Of a stretch of DNA of 64,000 nucleotides, positions 48,216 to 57,394 are shown piece by piece. The stretch comes from an uncultured Gammaproteobacteria bacterium (lineage in GTDB: Bacteria > Patescibacteriota > Patescibacteriia > VMEV01 > CAYQCH01). The notes beneath the pieces were generated by a model. It was not told the origin of the DNA. It saw only the letters and a program-made list of their open reading frames with translations, and made no database searches. The stretch is taken from contig CAZDCG010000002.1 of the NCBI GenBank assembly GCA_964503955.1, forward strand, positions 77,047-141,046. Direction: 5' to 3'. The translations under genes and the position numbers were made by a program. How positions within the stretch are numbered: position 1 is the stretch's first letter; each line of letters opens with the position of its first letter.

Positions 48216-49451
48216 ATGCCAAAACGAATTGTTATTTTAGGAGGCGGGGTAGCCGGCGCGGAAGCGATCAGGCGCGTTCATACCCACTTTCATGGAGATA
48301 AAAGCGTGAGTATTACGATCGTGGACAGGAATAATCACACCACATTCATCCCGATGCTTCATGAAGTCGCGACTGGTTCGGTCGGTGCGCGAGATATCAC
48401 GCACCCCATCAGGCAGATTATTAATTGCTGTCTTGAGCATTTTCACCAGGCCGACGTAAAGCACATTGATCTTGGACAAAGGATCGTAAAGACTTCTGCT
48501 GGCGAGGTGCCGTATGATTATCTGATTGTCGCGCTCGGTTCCACCAACAACTTTTTTGGTGTTCCCGGAGCAGAAGAATTCACACTGAAATTGAAAGAAA
48601 TGGAAGATGCCATCCGGCTGCGAAGACACTTGATCGATACATTCGAACAAGTATCCCGCATCGCGCATACTGATCCGCATCGCCAAGACGCGCTGCATTT
48701 CGTGATCGTGGGCGGGGGATATACAGGGGTCGAGACCGCTGGGCAAATGGCCGACCTTTTCAATGAAGAAATGCGGCTGCTGTATCCTGAGGTCTACGCG
48801 GATGAGCCTAAAATCACCTTGGTGCAAGCGGCGGATCGAATTCTTCCCATCCTTTCCGAGTCAAATAGCAGGAAAGCTTTGGAGCGTCTTGAGCGGCTGG
48901 GGGTGAATGTTCTCCTGAATACCAAGGTGGTTGCGGTTACAAAGGAAGGAGTGAGCCTGGATAATGGAAACGTACTTCGCTCGCATCATGTTCTTTGGAC
49001 ATCAGGGGTGATTGCCCAAGGGGCGGAATTTTTTGAGCCTGAATACATTGAGAAGGGGCGGGTCAAGGCAATGTCCACACTCCAGATTGTGGGGCATCCT
49101 GAAGCTTTTGTGATCGGCGATATTGCCGGCGTGATGGAGAAAGGCGGCCCGCATCCTCAAACGGCGCAGGCGGCCGTTCAGCAAGCCAGAGTGGCGGCTG
49201 ATAATCTCAAAGCGCTTGCTGATCATGAACCGCTGAAAGCATTCCATTACCGCCACCGAGGCGATTTGATCCCCATTGGGGACAGGTGGGCGATCGCTGA
49301 AATCTATGGAATCAAGTTCACTGGCTTTTTCGCCTGGTGGCTGCGTCGAACAGTATATCTTCAAGGCATATTCTCATGGAGCGACCGTTTGCGCGTCGTC
49401 TTTAATTGGACAATGAATCTCTTCAGCAAACGAGACACAACACGCTTATGA
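48216..49451 (+). CDS. ndh: Type II NADH dehydrogenase-like NAD(P)/FAD oxidoreductase
   Basis: Two GxGxxG sites (ILGGG.AG; IVGGGYTGVE.AG), F.PML.EVATG, YDYL.VALGS, IGD.A and P.TAQ.A.QQ. Confidence 0.85.
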   Translation: MPKRIVILGGGVAGAEAIRRVHTHFHGDKSVSITIVDRNNHTTFIPMLHEVATGSVGARDITHPIRQIINCCLEHFHQADVKHIDLGQRIVKTSAGEVPYDYLIVALGSTNNFFGVPGAEEFTLKLKEMEDAIRLRRHLIDTFEQVSRIAHTDPHRQDALHFVIVGGGYTGVETAGQMADLFNEEMRLLYPEVYADEPKITLVQAADRILPILSESNSRKALERLERLGVNVLLNTKVVAVTKEGVSLDNGNVLRSHHVLWTSGVIAQGAEFFEPEYIEKGRVKAMSTLQIVGHPEAFVIGDIAGVMEKGGPHPQTAQAAVQQARVAADNLKALADHEPLKAFHYRHRGDLIPIGDRWAIAEIYGIKFTGFFAWWLRRTVYLQGIFSWSDRLRVVFNWTMNLFSKRDTTRL

Positions 49452-50137
49452 CAGACGAACAGGAGAAAACCATGCAGGCTATTATTCTCGCGGGAATTAT
49501 TGTCGCAGGTTTGCTAGTGGCCGTAGTTCTGCACTTTATCCGCAGCTATGAATTTCCGGCTCAAGAGCCGGTGAGGCCGTCCATTCTTTCACCGGATACA
49601 AGTCCATGGATGGAACCTCTTACGGCTGATCAGGCCGCTTCGCTTGCACAGCAGCGGATTGTGACGCATGCCTCTTATATGAGCGACCAGCAGCCGGCCG
49701 TCTTATTCACGGGAGCGGCAGAAATCGGACAGAATCATTGGAGCACCGGCTTTCGCGTGGCCCAAACGTTTCAAGAAACGGAACAATTGTATCATCACCG
49801 TGTTGAGGTGAAAGATGCCCGTATTATCCGCCATGAAGTAAGCGTTTCTGATGCCGGCGAGCGGCTCACCATTTCAAGCCCCGAGCCGGAAGCAATCTTG
49901 GCCGAAGAAACAGTCAAGTTAAAAGGGCAAACCCCTGAACGCGTTTCCGTAGTACAATTATGGGTGCGAAATCAGGCAGGCAATACCGTACTCCAGCGGC
50001 AAGTTCCCGTCCAAAACAGCGCATTCGTCTCGGATATTACCCTGCCAGAGCCGGGAAACTATGTCATGAGCGTTTCCTCCGGTGATATTGTCGTTCACAT
50101 TCCTTTTATTTATCATGGAGAAGCATCAACTCTATGA
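49448..50137 (+). CDS. Membrane-anchored hypothetical protein with C-terminal Ig-like beta domain
   Basis: N-terminal TM helix and pattern I.SP.P......V.L.G...F...I.LP.PG.Y. Translationally coupled on both sides. Confidence 0.6.
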   Translation: MTDEQEKTMQAIILAGIIVAGLLVAVVLHFIRSYEFPAQEPVRPSILSPDTSPWMEPLTADQAASLAQQRIVTHASYMSDQQPAVLFTGAAEIGQNHWSTGFRVAQTFQETEQLYHHRVEVKDARIIRHEVSVSDAGERLTISSPEPEAILAEETVKLKGQTPERVSVVQLWVRNQAGNTVLQRQVPVQNSAFVSDITLPEPGNYVMSVSSGDIVVHIPFIYHGEASTL

Positions 50138-50880
50138 AGAATCTCGCGGTTGAAATCAAGCAGCTGACGGTACAATTCGGCGATCAGGAGCCGTTATTTT
50201 CCAATTTGAGCTTAGTGATGGAAAAGGGAGAATTTGTCGCGATCATCGGCCCCAATGGATCTGGGAAATCAACGCTGATGAAAACGGTTATGGGACTGAT
50301 CAAGCCGGTTTCAGGCTATGTGAATGTCTACGAGCAGAAAATCGGCTATGTGCCGCAATATGTGAATAAAGAGGAGTTTTCTCCCATGACGGTTCGCGAA
50401 TTGCTGGCCATAAAGACTCCCGGTTCGCGGTTCTGGTGGGGGATTAAGCAGGACGATCAAACGTTTCTTGAAATCCTCAAACTCACCAACGTTCAAGACG
50501 TGCTGGATCGGCAGATTCGGCAGCTTTCGGGAGGCCAATTCCAACGGGTGCTGATTGCTTCCGCGCTGATCGGCAATCCGGGGCTGCTCATCCTTGACGA
50601 ACCAGTCTCAGGGATTGATATCCATGGAGAGCAGGAATTTTTTACCCTGCTTGAACAACTGCAAAAAAAACGCGATCTCACCATTGTCATGATTTCGCAT
50701 GATATCGATGTGGTGTATCGGTACGCATCCCAGGTTGTCTGCCTTAATCGCGCGCTTATTTGCCATGGAGAGCCGCTTGAGGTACTGACGAAAGAAACCA
50801 TCGAGAAGACATTTTCATCCAAGCGAGGCATTTACCATCATCAGCATAAAGTCGATCCAAAGCATAAACACGATCTATGA
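50134..50880 (+). CDS. Metal (Zn/Mn) ABC transporter ATP-binding protein, ZnuC-like
   Basis: Motifs GPNGSGKST, IGYVPQ, LSGGQFQR, LDEP and SHD, plus a His-rich C-terminus. Confidence 0.9.
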   Translation: MKNLAVEIKQLTVQFGDQEPLFSNLSLVMEKGEFVAIIGPNGSGKSTLMKTVMGLIKPVSGYVNVYEQKIGYVPQYVNKEEFSPMTVRELLAIKTPGSRFWWGIKQDDQTFLEILKLTNVQDVLDRQIRQLSGGQFQRVLIASALIGNPGLLILDEPVSGIDIHGEQEFFTLLEQLQKKRDLTIVMISHDIDVVYRYASQVVCLNRALICHGEPLEVLTKETIEKTFSSKRGIYHHQHKVDPKHKHDL

Positions 50881-51683
50881 CAGAATTTGTCACTTTTCTC
50901 TCTTTTGGGTTTGTCCAGCGGGCGCTTATCGCCGGCCTGGTTTTGGCCGTGCTCGCTTCGATGCTGGGAGTATTCGTCTTGATGCGGCGCATGTCCTTTT
51001 TCAGTGACGCAATGGCCCATGCGAGCCTGCTTGGTGTCGCGATCAGTCTTTTGCTGGTAATGAATCCTGTGATCGGCGCGGTCATTGGAAGCCTGCTTGT
51101 GTCGCTGTTGATCGCCTTTTTGATCCGGCAGAGGACCTTGTCCGCTGATACCATCATCGGGGTGGTCTTTTCAAGCTCGGTGGCTTTGGCGATCTTTCTC
51201 ATGAGCACCTTTCAGCGCAGCCCGGTGGATCTGACATCGCTGCTCTTTGGTGATCTATTGGCCGTTTCCACCGTTGACGTGGTGCTCGCACTGATTCTTT
51301 TTGTCCTGACCGCTTTTTTTGTGAAATTCTACACAAAACCCATGCTTATTGCCGGATTTCACAAGGACTTGGCCAAATTGGAGTACAAACGAACGGAACT
51401 GATCGAAGCGCTCTTTCTTGCCTTGCTGGCCTTTGTGATTGCCGTGAGCCTGAAGATGGCGGGAGCGATTCTTGTTTCCGCTCTGATCATCATTCCTGCG
51501 GCCGCGGCACAGAATATGGCAAAAAATATCCGGCAGATGTTCCTGGCTTCGGTTTTGATCGGGGCCGTGAGCGTGGTTCTTGGAATGTACTTTTCCTTCG
51601 TCTTTGACTCGCCTTCCGGTTCGACTATTGTGCTTGTAGCGAGCATGTTCTTTTTATTGAGCTTGTTGGTTCGTTCTAAATAA
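50877..51683 (+). CDS. Metal (Zn/Mn) ABC transporter permease, ZnuB-like
   Basis: Motifs RRMS...DA.AH..L.G, LFGD.L, G.ILV.AL.I.PAA.A and PSG..IV. Confidence 0.9.
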   Translation: MTEFVTFLSFGFVQRALIAGLVLAVLASMLGVFVLMRRMSFFSDAMAHASLLGVAISLLLVMNPVIGAVIGSLLVSLLIAFLIRQRTLSADTIIGVVFSSSVALAIFLMSTFQRSPVDLTSLLFGDLLAVSTVDVVLALILFVLTAFFVKFYTKPMLIAGFHKDLAKLEYKRTELIEALFLALLAFVIAVSLKMAGAILVSALIIIPAAAAQNMAKNIRQMFLASVLIGAVSVVLGMYFSFVFDSPSGSTIVLVASMFFLLSLLVRSK

Positions 51684-51685
51684 CT

Positions 51686-52369
51686 ATGGCAACACCCTCT
51701 CTATTCAAACTAACCGCGTCCGAACAGAGAAATGCGATTGACAAACTGATCGCGGGGGCGGCTCCTCAAACGGAATTTTACCTGCTTCTGATCCTTTCTA
51801 CGGTCATTACAACAATCGGCCTGCTGCTTGACAGCATGACGGTTGTGATCGGGGGCATGCTTGTCGCTCCGATTATTTCGCCGATTCTCAGCATTGCCAT
51901 GGCCATTGTCATGGCTGACTTCAAGCTTCTATGGCAGGCGGTGAAGGTATTAAGCGCTTCGATCGTCATTGTCATGATCATTGCGCTGTTTATCAGCCTT
52001 ATTTCTGTGGGGATCGAAGTCAATTCTGAGATTGCGGCCCGCGGAGTTGTTTCGTTCGGGTTCTTTTTCGTGGCTTTGGCCGCCGGCATTGCCGCCGCAT
52101 TTGCTTTTTCACGACCAAGCCTGAGCGAAGCAATCCCCGGTATTGCGGTGACCGTCGCTTTATTACCGCCACTTGTCGTGGTGGCAATCGCGATTCCATT
52201 GGCGGACTATGGGCTGTTCGTAAAATCGCTTGGGTTATTCGGCCTGAACATTCTTGGGATCATTACGGCCGCAACCATGGTTTTCTCCTTGATGGGCTTT
52301 TATCGCCAACGAAAACAGGCTGTGGAGCGGCTCGAACAGGAGATGAAACAGAAGGAACAGGGAGCTTGA
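51686..52369 (+). CDS. DUF389 / TIGR00341 family membrane protein
   Basis: Motifs GLLLDS..VVIG.MLVAP...P and PGIAV.VALLPPL. Confidence 0.85.
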   Translation: MATPSLFKLTASEQRNAIDKLIAGAAPQTEFYLLLILSTVITTIGLLLDSMTVVIGGMLVAPIISPILSIAMAIVMADFKLLWQAVKVLSASIVIVMIIALFISLISVGIEVNSEIAARGVVSFGFFFVALAAGIAAAFAFSRPSLSEAIPGIAVTVALLPPLVVVAIAIPLADYGLFVKSLGLFGLNILGIITAATMVFSLMGFYRQRKQAVERLEQEMKQKEQGA

Positions 52370-52465
52370 AATATTCAGTTTGTTTTGCTGTATTGTAGAT
52401 AAGAACGCCTAAGCATTTAGGCGGATATGGGTGTGGAGGGCATTCATGTTCGCGGATCGCGAAAT

Positions 52466-53110
52466 ATGGAAAAAATCAAAGCGGCTCTATTGCCAAATAT
52501 CCTTGAGCGCGCACTTTCCTTGCATCGATCACAAGCGGAAAAAAAGGACGTTTCTTACCAGGAAATGACAGACGAGCATCTGGTAGAAGCGGTTCGAGGC
52601 GGGGAAGAGCGTGCGTTCATGTACCTGGTTCAACGTTACGAAGGAAAGCTGTTCGCCTATATCATGCGTCTGATTAATCACCGCGACGACGCGCGCGATA
52701 TCACGCAGGATGTTTTTCTTAAGGCATACCGCAACTTGCACCGGTTTGATACCGAGCGCAAGTTCTCTTCCTGGATTTACCGTATTGCTCATAATGAATC
52801 CGTTAACTGGCTGAAGAAAAAGACGCGCGCGAAAGTAGAATCGCTTGAAAGCCAGGTGGAAAAGGGATTGCAGATCGCGTCCAAAAGCGATGTCTTCGAA
52901 TCGTACGCGAGAAAAGAAGAGCAGATTATGGTGAGGAAGGCGATTGATGCGCTTCCTGAAAAATATCGCGTCGTTATGGAACTGCGCTACCTGGACGAGC
53001 GGTCGTATGAAGAAATCAGCCTGGTTCTGGCCAAACCGGTTAATACCGTGGGGACGCTCATCAATCGAGCAAAAAAGCGGCTTCTGTCGCAACTGGAAAA
53101 CCCGTCTTGA
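52466..53110 (+). CDS. ECF-type RNA polymerase sigma factor (start may be 52427)
   Basis: Motifs AF..LV.RY, DA.D.TQDVFLKAY..L..FD...KFS.W.YRIA.N and SYEEI..L..P..TV...I.RAK. Confidence 0.9.
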   Translation: MEKIKAALLPNILERALSLHRSQAEKKDVSYQEMTDEHLVEAVRGGEERAFMYLVQRYEGKLFAYIMRLINHRDDARDITQDVFLKAYRNLHRFDTERKFSSWIYRIAHNESVNWLKKKTRAKVESLESQVEKGLQIASKSDVFESYARKEEQIMVRKAIDALPEKYRVVMELRYLDERSYEEISLVLAKPVNTVGTLINRAKKRLLSQLENPS

Positions 53111-53116
53111 TCACGT

Positions 53117-54031
53117 ATGAACAAACGCCCAACTGATAACGAATTAGAGCGCATGATTGAATCTGCCAATCATACGGAGTCTTACTCCTGTGCAGACCAA
53201 GTCATGGCAAAAATCAAAAGCGGTCGCATTTCGATGCGATCGCGTTGGGTTATTCTCACCGAAGAGCTCGGGCTTCGCACGAGCTGGATCGTGGCGGTTT
53301 TTGCGCTCATTGGAGTCATCAACCTGACCTTATTTATTCTCAGCCAGGGGCCGCAATGGCATTTCCTTGGATTTGGAGCCGCCGGCTGGCAGATTGTTCT
53401 GCTTAATATTCCGTTTGGCTGGATTGCCTTGGGAATGGGATTGCTGGTATTTTCTATCATCGCCATGCAGCGGTTTTCGTTTTCCTATCTTTTTCCGCTC
53501 AAGCTGTTTTCCGCTTTATTGATTATAGGGGTATTTTCAGCCGGCGGCGTGGCTTTTGCAACAGGAATAAACGACATGCTTTACCAGGAGCTTGTTGAAA
53601 AGCCCGGTGAAGGGAAATCGTTTCTTGCAAAGCTGTATTGCCTTTCCGCGAACCGCAGGCTTGAATCGGACCGCGCATTGATCGGGGAAGTGCTTGACCG
53701 GCAGCGCAATGGCTTTTTGGTGCAGACCCCGTCTCTGGATCTTGTTTCCGTTGCTGTTTCCGAACAGACCCGCTGGATGAATTCTCAGGAGAATCTTGAA
53801 ACCTTCCAGGTTGTGCATTTGCTTGGAAAGCGGGAAGGAGATCAGTTTGTCGCGACCCATGTAAAGATTCAGCCTCAAAAGGGGGTTGTGCTCAGCCGCG
53901 ACGAGGAAGACTGCGTGAGCAAAACGGCCTGGCAGCATAAGCGCGAGGTGGCGGAAAAGCGCCGACGCGCCGTTTTACAGCCATTATCACCGAGCATAGG
54001 GACTGCTCAGGTTGTGAAATCTATTTACTAA
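53117..54031 (+). CDS. Putative membrane anti-sigma factor
   Basis: Lies directly after the ECF sigma gene. About 3 TM helices plus a C-terminal extracytoplasmic domain. Confidence 0.6.
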   Translation: MNKRPTDNELERMIESANHTESYSCADQVMAKIKSGRISMRSRWVILTEELGLRTSWIVAVFALIGVINLTLFILSQGPQWHFLGFGAAGWQIVLLNIPFGWIALGMGLLVFSIIAMQRFSFSYLFPLKLFSALLIIGVFSAGGVAFATGINDMLYQELVEKPGEGKSFLAKLYCLSANRRLESDRALIGEVLDRQRNGFLVQTPSLDLVSVAVSEQTRWMNSQENLETFQVVHLLGKREGDQFVATHVKIQPQKGVVLSRDEEDCVSKTAWQHKREVAEKRRRAVLQPLSPSIGTAQVVKSIY

Positions 54032-54161
54032 TACTTCAGCAAGGTTTTAGGAGTGAAAGAATATTCTGACGACGGAGTATAAGGAGGCAAAGGTCGTCAT
54101 CATAGGATTAACCTTTCAAGAAGTCAGGCGGGTTTTACCCTCGGACACGCCTGACAATTGA

Positions 54162-54201
54162 GAATAAGCCGCCCCGTAAAAAAGGGTGGTTTATTCTTTT
54201 T
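54162..54201 (+). terminator. Intrinsic terminator
   Basis: GAATAAGCCGCCC-loop-GGGTGGTTTATTC followed by T5. Confidence 0.7.
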
Positions 54202-54202
54202 G

Positions 54203-54554
54203 GGGTACAAATCACAAATCTGTTACGAATCTACAAATGGGTACGAATACGAATTTTTACGAATCTACGAATGGCCGGGTACAAATCACGAATGGGTTAC
54301 GAATTTACGAATAACTTCTTCTCAAGAATTTCCTATTGAGTGCAAACTCCCCTCCACATAGGAGGGGCTGGGGGTGGTATGTCAAAGCGAAAGAATCGGG
54401 ACGCGGACAGAGCCCTCGGTCCGACGATCATCAGAGCTCGCGGGCAGCATGTAGAACGTGCCAGGAAGCCTGCGACCGACTTCAGGGGCCCTTTTTAAGG
54501 ATTCTCTTGTCCAAACATATTTGTAGATTTGTATCCGATTCGTGATTCGTCCCC
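54203..54554. repeat. Periodic inverted arms, TACGAAT type, enclosing ~200 bp
   Basis: Left arm 54203-54311, right arm 54519-54554. 54203-54238 matches 59601-59636 at 35/36. Confidence 0.8.
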
Positions 54555-54608
54555 CTGATCATTAGGAAACTTTAATTATTACTGCAGTTCCATTATAATC
54601 ATGGAACT

Positions 54609-56717
54609 ATGCAACCTGAAAAAACCTACGTTTTACATTCATCAAGCACGCCGATACAAACGAATATTGATTATGCCAAGGAATTAAATGACGAGCAGCT
54701 GGCCGTCGTTTTGGGAGGAGATGGGCCTTGTCTTGTGCTTGCCGGAGCTGGCAGCGGCAAGACCAGAACCCTGGTATACCGGGTCGCGCATCTGCTTGAA
54801 AAGGGGATAAAGCCGGAAGAAATCCTGCTCATGACCTTTACCAATAAAGCAGCCCGCGAAATGATGGAGCGCGTGGAGCAGCTTCTTGGCCGCCAGCCAA
54901 AAGGGCTTTGGGGCGGGACATTTCATTCCATTGCCAACCGCCTTTTGCAGCAATACGCGGACAGAGTCGGCTATGGAAAGAACTTTTCTATTCTCGACAG
55001 CGACGACCAGCAAAAGCTTATGACGCAAGTGCATAAAGAGCTGGCCATCCCTAAAGAGTCGTATATTCCAAAAAAGCGGGTGATCCAGTCGATTATTTCC
55101 TTCGCGCAAAATAGCCAGAAGAGCATCCGCGAAGTGGTTGAGTCTTCTTACGCGTATCTTATTCCAGAGGTTATTCCCATTATTGAGCGGATCGCCGAGC
55201 ATTATCAGCAGAAAAAACAGGAAGCGAATGTGATGGATTTTGACGATTTGCTGACCAATTTGCTTCGTCTGCTGGAACACCCGGAAGCGGGGCCGCGCGT
55301 GGCGCAAAAATTCACCTATGTGCTGGTTGACGAGTTTCAGGATACAAATACCGTTCAGGCAAAGATCGTACAGCGTTTTTCACAACCGCAGGAGAATATC
55401 CTGGTCGTGGGCGACGACGCACAGAGTATTTATTCGTTCCGCGCGGCAACCGTGCAGAATATCCTTTCTTTCCAGCAAGTCTATCCTCAAGCCAAACTCT
55501 TTAAACTTGAGGTGAATTACCGCAGTACGCCAGACATTTTACAGCTGGCCAATGCGTCAATCCGCAATAATCAATTCCAGTACGACAAAAGCCTGCGCAG
55601 CATGTTTGAAGGCCAGAGCGCTAAGCCCGTGCTTGTTCCTTCACGGGACGCGCAGCAGCAGGCGGAATTTATTGCCCAGCGGATTCTTGAGCTGCGCGAC
55701 AAGAATTACAGCCTTGATGAAATGGCGGTGCTCTTCCGTTCGTCTTTTCAAATCATTGAAATGGAATTGGAGCTGAATAAGCGAGGCATTCCGTATATTG
55801 TCCGCGGCGGGCTGCGCTTCTTCGAGCAGGCGCATATCAAAGATGTTCTGGCATACTTGCAGCTCATGCATAATCCTCGCGATGAGATGTCGTGGCGGCG
55901 CATTCTTGGTCTCTATGAAGGGGTTGGTCCGGCCACGGCGACCAAGGTCTGGAATAAGCTTAAGGAACAGGAAACGCTCACGGCCATGCTTTCGGTTTTG
56001 GCGGAATCAGCGGGGCGCGGGAAGGCGGCCGGAAGCATTGCCGCTTTGCAGCGATTTTTCTTCAAGTTGATTGAGCTGCCGAAAGATCGGCTGCATGAGC
56101 TGATCATGACCATTCTTGAACAGGGATATCAGGTGCAGTTAGAGCGGACGTATGAAGACGCGCGCGACCGTCTTGAGGATTTGCATCAGCTCGCGTTGTT
56201 TGCGGCGCAATATCAAAACTTGGCGGATTTTTTAAGCGAGGCATCTCTGTCGGAAGGATTTAAAGGGGAACGGGCCGCGTCCGCGCAGGAAGCTGAGCCT
56301 GATGAACGATTGGTTCTTTCAACCATTCACCAGGCAAAGGGGCTTGAATGGGACGTGGTCTTTACGCTGGGGCTGGCTGAGGGACAGTTTCCGCATTACA
56401 AGGTGGCGGACAAGCCGCAGGAAATTGAAGAGGAGCGACGCTTGTTTTACGTGGCCGTTACACGTCCGCGCAAATTGCTCTACATGGTCTATCCGCTGAC
56501 AAGCCGCAGCTATGCGACCGGCGAAGTGATCCACCGCCCATCGATTTTCATCCGCGAAATCAGTGATGACTTGTTTGAGACTTGGCAAATTTCTGAAGTG
56601 CGTGATCATGCTGTGATCTCGCTTCGAAATGACAGCGGGGTGACCTATATTGACGAAGAAACACCCGCTGACCAGGAAAGCGGCGGAGATATTTTTTCGC
56701 TGTTGCGGAATATTTAA
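54609..56717 (+). CDS. uvrD: UvrD/PcrA family ATP-dependent DNA helicase
   Basis: Motifs LAGAGSGKT, TFTNKAA.EM, VDEFQD, VGDDAQSIY.FR, NYRST, TIHQAKGLE and EERRLFYVA.TR. Confidence 0.93.
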   Translation: MQPEKTYVLHSSSTPIQTNIDYAKELNDEQLAVVLGGDGPCLVLAGAGSGKTRTLVYRVAHLLEKGIKPEEILLMTFTNKAAREMMERVEQLLGRQPKGLWGGTFHSIANRLLQQYADRVGYGKNFSILDSDDQQKLMTQVHKELAIPKESYIPKKRVIQSIISFAQNSQKSIREVVESSYAYLIPEVIPIIERIAEHYQQKKQEANVMDFDDLLTNLLRLLEHPEAGPRVAQKFTYVLVDEFQDTNTVQAKIVQRFSQPQENILVVGDDAQSIYSFRAATVQNILSFQQVYPQAKLFKLEVNYRSTPDILQLANASIRNNQFQYDKSLRSMFEGQSAKPVLVPSRDAQQQAEFIAQRILELRDKNYSLDEMAVLFRSSFQIIEMELELNKRGIPYIVRGGLRFFEQAHIKDVLAYLQLMHNPRDEMSWRRILGLYEGVGPATATKVWNKLKEQETLTAMLSVLAESAGRGKAAGSIAALQRFFFKLIELPKDRLHELIMTILEQGYQVQLERTYEDARDRLEDLHQLALFAAQYQNLADFLSEASLSEGFKGERAASAQEAEPDERLVLSTIHQAKGLEWDVVFTLGLAEGQFPHYKVADKPQEIEEERRLFYVAVTRPRKLLYMVYPLTSRSYATGEVIHRPSIFIREISDDLFETWQISEVRDHAVISLRNDSGVTYIDEETPADQESGGDIFSLLRNI

Positions 56718-56777
56718 AGGCATTGAACTGAAACAATGAACGAGAATGCCGCGGCTCCTGAGGGCTGCGGCTTTGTC

Positions 56778-56829
56778 TTGATAAGCAGGGGAAGCTATGC
56801 TAATCTCTAGAAACTGAGAATAATTCTCA
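56778..56829 (+). promoter_or_regulatory. Promoter and 7-1-7 Fur/PerR-type operator
   Basis: TTGATA-17-TAATCT at 56778-56806 and the perfect palindrome TGAGAAT-A-ATTCTCA at 56815-56829. Confidence 0.75.
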
Positions 56830-56861
56830 AAATAGAGTTGATTTTGGCTAATCTCAGCAAA

Positions 56862-57242
56862 ATGGCTTACCAAACCTCTCAAAAGCAAGCGATTCTGCAA
56901 TGGGTGAAGATGGCAAAGACACACCCCACGGCAGAAGAAGTGTTTAAAGGCGTGCAGAAAAAACTGCCGGGTATTGGATTTGCCACGGTGTATCGTAATC
57001 TGGCGGCATTAGCTAAAGAGGGAAAAATCAGGGAAGTCCAGTTTGTGGACAAGAAGAAACGCTACGAGGGCACTACACATCGCCATCAGCATTTCATCTG
57101 CACAGACTGCCGACGGATTATCGATATGGAATTGACGGCCTTGCTCAATGTGGAAGAAGCCGTGTCAAAGCTGCAATGCCACTCGGTACAGGATTATACG
57201 CTTGAGCTGACGGGGGTTTGTGCCGCTTGTAAAGCCAGTTAA
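56862..57242 (+). CDS. Fur-family regulator, PerR-like
   Basis: Motifs HPTAEEV, ATVYRNL, H.H..C..C and G.C..C. Confidence 0.9.
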   Translation: MAYQTSQKQAILQWVKMAKTHPTAEEVFKGVQKKLPGIGFATVYRNLAALAKEGKIREVQFVDKKKRYEGTTHRHQHFICTDCRRIIDMELTALLNVEEAVSKLQCHSVQDYTLELTGVCAACKAS

Positions 57243-57286
57243 CGGGTTGATGTGTTAATGGGTTAACGCGTTAACTCGCCAACACG
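57240..57286. repeat. Periodic GTTAA-type palindrome starting at the Fur stop
   Basis: GTGTTAATGGGTTAA and GTTAACTCGCCAAC are shared with 14111-14190. Confidence 0.7.
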
Positions 57287-57385
57287 TCATCCCGACCGGA
57301 GCGCAGTGAAGCGGAGGGATCCCCTCCCTTGGGATGAACATACTTTCTCCCAGAGATGAGATCCCTCGGCTGCGCTCGGGATGAC
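57286..57385. repeat. REP-like palindromic element GTCATCCCG...CGGGATGAC (half copies at 60469-60499 and 61375-61434)
   Basis: GTCATCCCGACCGGAGCG..GGAGGGATC ... GATGAGATCCCTC..CGGGATGAC. Confidence 0.75.
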
Positions 57386-57394
57386 AAGACACTT

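Noticed and set aside
54040-54118. yybP-ykoY (Mn) riboswitch suggested by CGTCATCA
   Set aside because: It lacks GGGGAGUAG and GAGACC, and has no directly downstream gene.
54203-54311. CRISPR array
   Set aside because: The units are degenerate 7-9-mers without unique spacers, and no cas genes are present.
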